The notes beneath the pieces were generated by a model. That model was not told where the DNA came from. It saw only the letters and a list, made by a program, of their open reading frames with translations, and searched no databases. Made by a program: the position numbers and the translations under genes. 39,021 bases of DNA, from positions 1 to 39,021 of the forward strand of contig JAQUOC010000002.1 of NCBI GenBank assembly GCA_028717305.1, written 5' to 3'. Shown here one piece after another: positions 27,820 through 35,845 of this stretch. The first letter of the stretch is position 1. Each line of letters opens with the position of its first letter. Origin of the DNA: Dehalococcoidales bacterium (GTDB lineage: Bacteria > Chloroflexota > Dehalococcoidia > Dehalococcoidales > UBA5760).

Positions 27820-28224
27820 TTAGTTAACCGGGATATCAATCCCGGCCTTATCGAGAACATTCTCTTCTACAAGGATATGGCCGCTCGTTCTCATGCAGAT
27901 TGCCAGAATCTGTCCGATCGAGTACTTAACGGATGATGTCCCCCCTCGCCACCCCATAATGCACTCGGCGTTAAAGATTCCTTTGTTGACGCCGTCGATC
28001 ACCAGTGCTACCTCGTCGCCTCCGGCCAGCATCGCCCGTACGCCATCATCCACAATCTGGTCGGAGCGATCTCCTCTCAGTACCTTGTTGACTGTGTCGG
28101 CAGAGGACTTGTCCACATATACCGGCAAATAGCGTTGTCCGTCCTTTTCTTTCAGCATTATCAGCCATTCGTCTCTGTACTTGGCAAGCCTTACCGAATC
28201 AATCTTCATTTCGACATAGGCCAT
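27820..28224 (-). CDS. Bifunctional nuclease (BFN/DUF151) family protein
   Basis: 134 aa reading MAYVEMKIDSVRL...WLIMLKEKDGQRYLPVYVDKSSADTV, the pattern typical of DUF151 proteins. Confidence 0.7.
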   Translation of the reverse strand: MAYVEMKIDSVRLAKYRDEWLIMLKEKDGQRYLPVYVDKSSADTVNKVLRGDRSDQIVDDGVRAMLAGGDEVALVIDGVNKGIFNAECIMGWRGGTSSVKYSIGQILAICMRTSGHILVEENVLDKAGIDIPVN

Positions 28225-28414
28225 TTGCGAATTACCTCGCTGTTTTCTAATTGTTTAGCAATCAACCGGTTCACAGGGTATGTATTGTATCACATAATCT
28301 GTAATTTGCAACAACTTTGCCACGAAATTGGGCTCAAAATATCATAACGGTATTGTTGATCAGAAAATCTCGAGATTGATTATGCATGGGAATGGAGAGA
28401 TAAGAGCTTAGGTT

Positions 28415-28423
28415 TGATATAAT
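28415..28423 (+). promoter_or_regulatory. Extended -10 element (TGaTATAAT) upstream of tatD
   Basis: TGATATAAT lies at 28415..28423, about 47 nt upstream of the ATG at 28470. No clear -35 element is present. Confidence 0.35.
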
Positions 28424-28469
28424 AAGATCCGCAATGAAAAGGTTGGTCGTATAAAATGGTGGAAAGTTT

Positions 28470-29246
28470 ATGTTCCGGCTGATTGATACACACGCTCACC
28501 TGGAAGAAATAGGTGCCCTGAAAAAGGTTATCGAGGAGGCCCGGCTGTCCGGAGTAATAGCCATCATTGCCGTTGGCTCCGATTACAAATCCAATCAGCA
28601 GGTCTTACAGATAGCGGAAGAACATGAGGGATTTGTTTATCCGGCCTTGGGTCTGCATCCTTCCCGCATCGAAAAGGCAGAGCTTGACCGCACCCTGGAA
28701 TTCATCGAGGCTAAGATAGACCGGGCCGTATGTATCGGTGAAATAGGGCTCGACTACCATAAAAAGATCAGGACGCTTGCTGACAAAGACCTGCAGCAGA
28801 GTGTATTCAGAGAAACGCTCGGTATCGCCGTCAAATATCACAAGCCGGTGTCCGTTCACTCGCGCTATGCCTGGCGGGACGCCTTCACTTTGGTCACTGA
28901 AGCAGGTATTGAGGAGGCAGTGTTTCACTGGTATACCGGGACCTCAAGCGTGCTGCGTGAAATAATAGACCGGGGCTATTTTCTTTCGGCAACGCCGGCT
29001 GTTGAGTATCACGAGGAACACCGGAGGGTGATAAAAGAGACTCCTCTGGAGCAGTTGCTCCTGGAGACGGACTCCCCTGTGGTCTACGGGCAGGGTCGGG
29101 AATCCGCGTTTGAATCCAGGCCTGCCGATATTTACCGGAGTCTGAGGGGTGTTGCTGTAAAAAAAGGAATGGATGAAACCGAGGTCGCTGAGATAACTAC
29201 CGCAAATGCTGAAAGGTTGTTTCGGTTACGCATTTATACTGAGTAG
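28470..29246 (+). CDS. tatD: TatD-family metal-dependent hydrolase/DNase
   Basis: Motifs are IDTHAHL, GEIGLDYH, VSVHSR, VFHWYTG and LLETDSP. Confidence 0.9.
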   Translation: MFRLIDTHAHLEEIGALKKVIEEARLSGVIAIIAVGSDYKSNQQVLQIAEEHEGFVYPALGLHPSRIEKAELDRTLEFIEAKIDRAVCIGEIGLDYHKKIRTLADKDLQQSVFRETLGIAVKYHKPVSVHSRYAWRDAFTLVTEAGIEEAVFHWYTGTSSVLREIIDRGYFLSATPAVEYHEEHRRVIKETPLEQLLLETDSPVVYGQGRESAFESRPADIYRSLRGVAVKKGMDETEVAEITTANAERLFRLRIYTE

Positions 29247-29323
29247 AGCACTGAGTACATTACATATTGCTGAGGTATAAGACGCCGATTAGGTTTGAGG
29301 GTTCATGGGGGTCTGGGTTAGAT

Positions 29324-30340
29324 TTAACCAGAGATCCTTAGCACTCCCGCCCCCCGGTATTTTCCCTGCTTCAACGCAAGCAAAGCCTGATTTGCTTCTT
29401 CCAGACTAAACTCAGTGATTTCCGGTCTTATCGGGATTTCGGCAGCCAGAGGAAGAAATTCTTCGACATCTCTCCTGGTGATATTTGCTACACTCTTCAC
29501 TTCCTTTTCCTGCCAGAGGTGTTCGGTATAGTCTAACTCAGGAATGGGAGTCTCTTTTCGGATGGCATTGATAACCAGTTTTCCTCCCTTGTTCAGATTC
29601 CTTAACGCCTCACGCACCGACATTCCTATCGGGGTGGTATCGATGGCGCAGTCAAGTTTCATGGGTGATGCTTGTCCGGTTATTCCCACCCAGTCGGCTC
29701 CCTTCTCCCTGGCTAACTGGCTCGGGGCATCGCCCCTTTTCCGCGTGAAGACAAAAACCCGGGATTTCGGGAACTTATATTTAGCGATCTGAATAACCAG
29801 ATGGGCGGAGGCCCCAAAGCCGTACAGCCCGATGGTTTGACCGTCCTGGACTCCGGTCAGTTTTAAAGCCCGATAGCCGATGGCACCGGCACACAACAGG
29901 GGGGCAGATTCAAGGTCGGTGAATCTGGTCGGAATGGGATAGGCGCAATCCTCCGAAACCGCAGTATATTCAGCGTAACCGCCGTCGGCATCGCACCCTG
30001 TCCCCTGGAATCGGTCGCACAGGTTTTCGTCTCCCCGCTGGCAGAGAGAGCACTTCCCGCAGCTCGAATAGATCCAGGAAATCCCGACCCGGTCTCCCAA
30101 TCTGAACCTGGTTGCCGCTGAACCCAGTTTTTCCACTCTGCCTACGATTTCATGGCCTGGTATTACCGGCAGCTTTGTTTGGCGCCTTCCTTCGATTTCA
30201 TCAATTTCGGTATGGCATACACCACAGGTCGAGACTTTTACTAAGACCTGATTGGGACCAACCTGAGGGAGTGGCCAGTCCTGGAGCTCCAGGGGCATGG
30301 CGTCGATCTGTGAAACCTTCCGAAGAATCATCGCCTTCAT
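29324..30340 (-). CDS. Zinc-dependent alcohol dehydrogenase (MDR superfamily)
   Basis: The catalytic Zn site is CGVCHTE...GHEIVGRV, the structural Zn site is CGKCSLCQRGDENLC and the Rossmann motif is GLYGFGASAH. Confidence 0.9.
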   Translation of the reverse strand: MKAMILRKVSQIDAMPLELQDWPLPQVGPNQVLVKVSTCGVCHTEIDEIEGRRQTKLPVIPGHEIVGRVEKLGSAATRFRLGDRVGISWIYSSCGKCSLCQRGDENLCDRFQGTGCDADGGYAEYTAVSEDCAYPIPTRFTDLESAPLLCAGAIGYRALKLTGVQDGQTIGLYGFGASAHLVIQIAKYKFPKSRVFVFTRKRGDAPSQLAREKGADWVGITGQASPMKLDCAIDTTPIGMSVREALRNLNKGGKLVINAIRKETPIPELDYTEHLWQEKEVKSVANITRRDVEEFLPLAAEIPIRPEITEFSLEEANQALLALKQGKYRGAGVLRISG

Positions 30341-30426
30341 TGTCTGGCCCTCGTTCTAACTACTAACTGATATTACCGGCGGCATTCATCAAGAGTATCA
30401 ACTGGTTTAATAACCACTAATCAGCC

Positions 30427-33228
30427 TTAGGAAAAGAGGGACTTGACCCAGTTGATAAAGGAATCCCAAAGGCTCTTAAATTTGTCGAACCAGCTGCCTC
30501 CTGGAGCGGAATCCAGGAAGTCGTCATCTTCAGTAGACCACCAGAAGTCGTCTTCCGCCGCAGGGTTGATTGCAGATACTGATTCCCCGTTAACAGCTAC
30601 CGAATTATCCGCGGATACGGTAGTGCCTGCCCCGGTTGATTCGGGAGTGTCCACGACAAGCTCACCTTCCAGGCAGTGGATCTCGATATTGTCTCCGGCA
30701 GCAACGGCAAACTCGGTATTCAGCCCGGTAACCACCGCGTTCGGACTATATGTCCACCATTCTCCATCCTGCGACCGCTTGATGTTGACAGGTACCGTGA
30801 AGTGGCCGTCCTCCTTGCTGCGGAAGCTGGCACTCCCTTGCCAGAGACGTACCTCCACCAGTTGGGGGGATATGTAACCCAGGAATATCTCGCTGTCCGG
30901 ATCCAGGAAGATAACTCCCCATGGGGTGTCATTTATGGTCAGATGTAAGATTGCCTTCGAGTCCGGGCCGGTGCGTAGGCTCTGGAAGGTGTCTATCCGT
31001 GTAGGGACGGCGGTAATCTTGGTTTCGTGACCACCGGAAGCGTCGTAAGTTACCTGGTAAACGTCCCCCCAGTATTTAAAGACTTCGACATGCGAGCCCT
31101 TAAGCGGTGGCCGGTAGATGTCGCTGGTTAGCCAGGTGTTTACCTGGCCCCAGACGTTAAGGTACTCGGTAATGGCTACGTACGGTACGCCGGGGATGTC
31201 CGGGGAGTGTTTCACGTCAGCTTCGGTTACGCTGGCTACTCCGTTCAGGTAGGCTGAGGCCGAACTGACCACCCAGTCATCAGGAAACCCGTATATGTTG
31301 CCGTACTGTATATCGGGATTAAGCTGCGCGCCGGCTGCCTCACCGCTGTTGAGCGCTTTCATAAAGGGACTTTCGGAGTACAGCTGCTCGGCGGGGATCC
31401 GATGGGTCTGGTACCACCCGGCTCCGACATTTCCGGTTATCTTCTTGGTCCAGGAAACGCCGTGATTGGGTGTGCCGACCATTATCAGTTTCCTTAAGTC
31501 ACCGTCGTAATTCGTGAGGCCGTGAGAGTAGTAGCGGGAGATGAGCCCCCCCATGCTGTGCCCGACGGCATCCACTTTGGTAATCTTGATGTTTGAGTTG
31601 GCGTAGTCGGATTTTTGTTTTCTGATGTCATTCTTTAATATCACTGCCAGACCTTCGATAGACTGGTCGGTAGCACCGTAATTACCCAGGTAGGTATCGA
31701 ACTTCTCTCCCTGTAGGTAACTGGACATCTTGCCCCATGTAGCCGTAGCGCCGAGAAATCCGTGCACCAGCATAACCGGAGGGCGGCAGACCAGGATTTC
31801 GGCCTCTATCTTTCCCTCCTGATCACTGGTATCGGTATAGGTTAAGGTTAGGGGGACCTCAGCCGCCCATACCCTGGAGCCTGATTGATGCACGCCTACT
31901 TCTTCTCGAGTAAGTTGGCTCGTGGTGAGATAATCCGGCGGATAATAGGTGATTTCGGCCATGCCGGCGGAATCCAGGGTTATGTTACCGGTGGCACCTA
32001 TGGCATTCCCTTCCAGCCTGCCGAGATCCGGCTGGCTGATTTTGACGTCGCTAAACCCGGGTAGTGAAATAGACATACCCAGAGAGCTGACTCCATCTGC
32101 GGTAACGCCGATGAATGACTCTCCCGTGGCGGGATTTATTTCTACCAGAAGACCAATATCCCCAACGATGAAGGTGGTGCTGTTGCTTACACTGGGATAA
32201 CCGGAATAGGATGCCGTTGCTGAAACAGTGTAAACAGCCTGTGTAGCATCCGCGGGTATGGGGAATTCACAGCGGTAATTACCGGATGAGTCAGTGGTTG
32301 CTGAAAACTGGGTGCCGCTGACATCGACGGCCACAGCCGCACCGGCCAGCTTACCCTGTACATCAGAAACAGCGCCCTGAATAACTACCGTTTCTCCCGC
32401 AGAATAGGCCTTCTTATCGGTGGTAAGACTTAAGCTTATCCCTTCCTCAAGCGGACACCCGCTGCTATCCACGGTAACACCAGTCGGTGTACCCGGGCAC
32501 TGGTCTATGTCATCGGTAACTCCGTCTCCGTCCGAGTCTTGAATCAGAACGGTTCCCCCTTCGTCGGTTACCAGGCCATACTTCACCGCTTTGGCATATA
32601 AGGCCTCGGCTATCTCCTCGTGAGAAATACCTATATCGACACTGAGTCCTGCGTAAAAGAGGAAGCGACCTGCTTGCCAGTCTATATCGGTACCACCCAG
32701 AGAACTGATATCGCTAACAATAGCGGGATGGTTGTGAAACGTTGTTACCTCGAAACCGGCCATGGATGAGGATGAGACTGTCGCAATACTCTTAGCTATC
32801 GAAGCCTCTGCCGCTGCTTCGGTGGTGAACGCCTGGATTTTCATCGGCAGCGACTGCCAAACCGTCCCTTGTTCAGATATTGGAACATCCAGACCATAGG
32901 CAGCCACGCCTTCTATTATCTTTAATTCACCCCCTTGTGATCCATATTGTGCCCTCGGTCCCCAAATCTCAGGACAATAGTAGGGGGCTTCGGCACCCTC
33001 GTAAGCAGGCGTACCATAGAAACAAAAGCTCTGGTCCCAGCCGAACTCGGCACCTGCCTCCGCCAGAACATGTTTGATGGTTGCTTCCTGTGAGTCGCTC
33101 GGTGCTGATGTATAGGCCAGCGCTGTCTTTGCGGGTAAAATGGTGCTTAGCCCCATCATTGAAAAGAGCATCGTTATGGTTAGGAGGGACATTAAAAGTT
33201 TCCCGGTAATCCCTGCTCTTGGCTTCAT
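30427..33228 (-). CDS. Large secreted multidomain protein: TSP3-like Ca-binding repeat, CarboxypepD_reg/Ig-like domains, alpha/beta-hydrolase (lipase-like) domain, FecR-like domain and a conserved C-terminal tail
   Basis: GGAGG precedes the ATG and a signal peptide is present. DSDGDGVTDDIDQCPG is the thrombospondin-type-3-like motif. VVIQGAVSDVQGKLAGAAVAVDV...TTDSSGNYRCEF is the CarboxypepD_reg-like region. VMLVHGFLG...AVGHSMGGLISRYY carries the G-x-S-x-G nucleophile elbow. The tail is GSWFDKFKSLWDSFINWVKSLFS. Confidence 0.8.
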   Translation of the reverse strand: MKPRAGITGKLLMSLLTITMLFSMMGLSTILPAKTALAYTSAPSDSQEATIKHVLAEAGAEFGWDQSFCFYGTPAYEGAEAPYYCPEIWGPRAQYGSQGGELKIIEGVAAYGLDVPISEQGTVWQSLPMKIQAFTTEAAAEASIAKSIATVSSSSMAGFEVTTFHNHPAIVSDISSLGGTDIDWQAGRFLFYAGLSVDIGISHEEIAEALYAKAVKYGLVTDEGGTVLIQDSDGDGVTDDIDQCPGTPTGVTVDSSGCPLEEGISLSLTTDKKAYSAGETVVIQGAVSDVQGKLAGAAVAVDVSGTQFSATTDSSGNYRCEFPIPADATQAVYTVSATASYSGYPSVSNSTTFIVGDIGLLVEINPATGESFIGVTADGVSSLGMSISLPGFSDVKISQPDLGRLEGNAIGATGNITLDSAGMAEITYYPPDYLTTSQLTREEVGVHQSGSRVWAAEVPLTLTYTDTSDQEGKIEAEILVCRPPVMLVHGFLGATATWGKMSSYLQGEKFDTYLGNYGATDQSIEGLAVILKNDIRKQKSDYANSNIKITKVDAVGHSMGGLISRYYSHGLTNYDGDLRKLIMVGTPNHGVSWTKKITGNVGAGWYQTHRIPAEQLYSESPFMKALNSGEAAGAQLNPDIQYGNIYGFPDDWVVSSASAYLNGVASVTEADVKHSPDIPGVPYVAITEYLNVWGQVNTWLTSDIYRPPLKGSHVEVFKYWGDVYQVTYDASGGHETKITAVPTRIDTFQSLRTGPDSKAILHLTINDTPWGVIFLDPDSEIFLGYISPQLVEVRLWQGSASFRSKEDGHFTVPVNIKRSQDGEWWTYSPNAVVTGLNTEFAVAAGDNIEIHCLEGELVVDTPESTGAGTTVSADNSVAVNGESVSAINPAAEDDFWWSTEDDDFLDSAPGGSWFDKFKSLWDSFINWVKSLFS

Positions 33229-33492
33229 TACAGCCTCCTACAGCTTCCTTCGTGTGTTGCTGCCACCCCGAATTCAGATGCTAGAGGCTGACAGCCGAAT
33301 CCCTATGTTATAGGGTAATAGTACATGAATATTAAAGAATTCACAAACAGCTTGGCGCGCACTACAATAAAAGGTTACCGTATTTTCAATACAAAGAGGG
33401 GTAGGTTCAGGTTTTTAGTAGCATGGCTTTAGAAAATAGCGTACGATTACAGATTACAAATCGTTATCGTTTGAGAATTCCCCAGACTCTCT

Positions 33493-34410
33493 CTACTCGA
33501 GGCTTGATCGGAAAAAACGCTTGATTTTCCAGCTGATGAAAGGATAGCAAAGCCATATGCTGGAATGGCCGCTGGGGAACCATGTGATGGGTGGTCTGCC
33601 GGCAGACTCCCAGAAGTCCAGCGTGGCTTCTTTCGGGATGATCTCATCCCAGCGTCCGTTTATCATAAGGAGAGGACGGTTGCGGAGATAATGCGCGTAG
33701 GTCATAGCATCCACGAGAAAGCTGCGCTCAGGCGGGGCAACCTGCTCCCAACCCTTCTCTACCACCTCGTCAAGATATCGGTGGTATCGCTGTTGCTGGG
33801 TGGCAAACTCGGCTTCGCTACGGTGGAAGTCCCACTTGCGTGACAGTACCCGGCTTCTCATTCCTATCTTTTCCAGATTCCCACCGCTGATAATCAGCAC
33901 GCCGCTGTTGATGCGGTGGTCTATCCCCATGGCAATAGCGGAGATAAAACCCCCGAAGCTCAGCCCGACGATGCCGGCCTTTCCCTTAGCCACCTCTTCC
34001 CGGGTCTCCATCCAGTCGAGTACGTGGCGTACGTCAATGACCGAGGTGCGATAGTTCTCGAACCATTCGTCATCCGAAAGCGGACGGTCAACCGGTAATG
34101 TGCGGCTGGAATGCGTAATGAGGTAGAGAATAAAAGAGGCGATTCCCTGGTCTGCCAGTTCACGGGCCAGGAGCTTCATCGGAATGACGCTCCGGTCACC
34201 CAGCCCATGAACCAGTATGGCCAGAGGTAGATTGTTGCCATATGGTCTCAGATATTCGCCGTATAACGCGTTTTTACTTTCATCGGGATTGGTGCCTGCA
34301 GGGGGGAAGCTGACTAGATATCGTTCGGATCGTCCGGTATGTTTAATTAGCCGGGTATCAGGGTCAGTATTCGGCTCGTAGTTAAAATGGTTGGTCATAT
34401 TGGACATCAT
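33493..34410 (-). CDS. Alpha/beta-fold hydrolase
   Basis: ILVHGLGD is oxyanion-region-like, GIVGLSFGG is the G-x-S-x-G elbow, and a C-terminal Asp/His region includes FPSGHS. Confidence 0.8.
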   Translation of the reverse strand: MMSNMTNHFNYEPNTDPDTRLIKHTGRSERYLVSFPPAGTNPDESKNALYGEYLRPYGNNLPLAILVHGLGDRSVIPMKLLARELADQGIASFILYLITHSSRTLPVDRPLSDDEWFENYRTSVIDVRHVLDWMETREEVAKGKAGIVGLSFGGFISAIAMGIDHRINSGVLIISGGNLEKIGMRSRVLSRKWDFHRSEAEFATQQQRYHRYLDEVVEKGWEQVAPPERSFLVDAMTYAHYLRNRPLLMINGRWDEIIPKEATLDFWESAGRPPITWFPSGHSSIWLCYPFISWKIKRFFRSSLE

Positions 34411-34589
34411 TACCTTCCGAAGAGCCCGAATAAACTTCGGTTTCTGTTGAGTCCTATTCTATCCCTTTATATCTACCTGTATCAACAGCCCGTCTTATCC
34501 TAGCGGTTAATTCACGACATATGGTCTCTTGACACAATCCGGGTGCAGTACTAAACTCAAATTCTAGATAGGCACAGAGGAGGTACGGC

Positions 34590-35291
34590 GTGAGTAAAAT
34601 CTTTATTCCTGCAAGTGGCCCCGAAGATTGGAAGCGGTTGCTCACTGATCCGGAAAAACACTGGCAGACAGGCTGTTCGGCAAGAACACTCGCTTATTGT
34701 TGGCTGGAAGCAGGCGGGTTCCCCGGTTCAATAAAAAAGGTGTTTAGTGATTCGGGTATCGAATTATTTCGTGAGATAAAGCTAATTATAGCCTTTCCTG
34801 AATACAGGGCGGCCTTGAAGCCATACACATCGCGTTCATCTCAAAATGATATTTTGGCCCTGGCCAGGGCCGGGAAGGGACAGCTGATCTCCATCATGGT
34901 GGAAGGTGAGGTAGATGAACCCTTTGATGGGCCTATTGCTGATTGGCAGCCGACTGATATGGGCAATAAACAAATCAGACTGAAGTTCTTAAGTGATGAA
35001 TTGGAACGCACTCAGACTGATATGGAATACATCAGGTGCCGCTTTTTGCGAAGGACTGCATCGGCGCTGTTAGAAGCAAGAAGATTTAACGCTCCCAATG
35101 CCTTGATGCTGGTCCATTCCTTCAGCAGGTTGAGAGGGAGCGATAACAGAAGCTTTCAGGCTTACTGCGGTTTTGTGAGTACCTTCGGTAAACCAGGGGG
35201 AATGAATTCCGTAGTTTTCATAAAGAACGTAGACGGCATAGATCTATATCTGTCTTGGGTAAATGGTGAGAGTAAGTACCTGGAGGTGTAA
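34590..35291 (+). CDS. Hypothetical protein resembling the DUF6946 family (assignment from memory)
   Basis: GTG start with GGAGG upstream. The N-terminus IFIPASGPEDWKRLLTDPEKHWQTGCSARTLAYCWLEAGGFP, then SQNDILALA...ISIMVEGEVDEPF and RFNAPNALMLVHSF, match my recollection of this uncharacterised family. Confidence 0.65.
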   Translation: MSKIFIPASGPEDWKRLLTDPEKHWQTGCSARTLAYCWLEAGGFPGSIKKVFSDSGIELFREIKLIIAFPEYRAALKPYTSRSSQNDILALARAGKGQLISIMVEGEVDEPFDGPIADWQPTDMGNKQIRLKFLSDELERTQTDMEYIRCRFLRRTASALLEARRFNAPNALMLVHSFSRLRGSDNRSFQAYCGFVSTFGKPGGMNSVVFIKNVDGIDLYLSWVNGESKYLEV

Positions 35292-35483
35292 ATGCTAAAA
35301 CCGCATGGTTTACCGGTGCTGACGCATCGCGTAGCTATAGTAACCATTAATAGCGGATCATTAGAATCACCGGAAAAGTATAAAGAAATGCCCCAAGTAA
35401 TCTCGCTTTCTTGCAGCTCTTCGACTGAATCCTACCTTGACCTTACGGTGGCCGGTTGTTTCCCTTCTATCGAACTGCACTAA
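35292..35483 (+). CDS. Small ORF (63 aa) possibly translationally coupled to the upstream gene
   Basis: The ATG immediately follows the upstream TAA. GGAGG at 35282..35286 lies 5 nt before the ATG. The product MLKPHGLPVLTHRVAIVTINSGSLESPEKYKEMPQVISLSCSSSTESYLDLTVAGCFPSIELH shows no recognised homology. Confidence 0.3.
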   Translation: MLKPHGLPVLTHRVAIVTINSGSLESPEKYKEMPQVISLSCSSSTESYLDLTVAGCFPSIELH

Positions 35484-35845
35484 GCTCAACCACTTGGAGC
35501 AATCATTATGATCTCATATTCATATTATTCTGTCAAAGCCGTTGAGCGGCTGGAAAAGGCAATAATCATACTGTTTGATTCGTTCAAACTATCACATAAT
35601 CCCTGATGATCCTCTTATTGAATTCTAAACTTTATGGGTGAAGTTATTGCGATGCTGTTGCTCCCTGGTTGACATGGTGGATCGCATAAGAAGGTTGGGC
35701 ACACTAAGGGTTGCGTTCTCAAGCGGTAAGCGTGATAGGTTAGGTTACTTAGATTTCAAACATAACGGGCAATTAATCGGGGGTTCATTTTCAATGGGAT
35801 TCAAGAATTGTGAAGAATTGTTTGGAGATGTTCCAGTCCGGGTTC

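Noticed and set aside
33443-33464. Tandem GATTACA-GATTACA embedded in the inverted repeat ACGATT...AATCGT, downstream of the alpha/beta hydrolase gene
   Set aside because: It has a 6-bp AT-rich stem with a 10-nt loop and only a weak T-tract, which is too weak to call an intrinsic terminator. The tandem heptamer is probably fortuitous.
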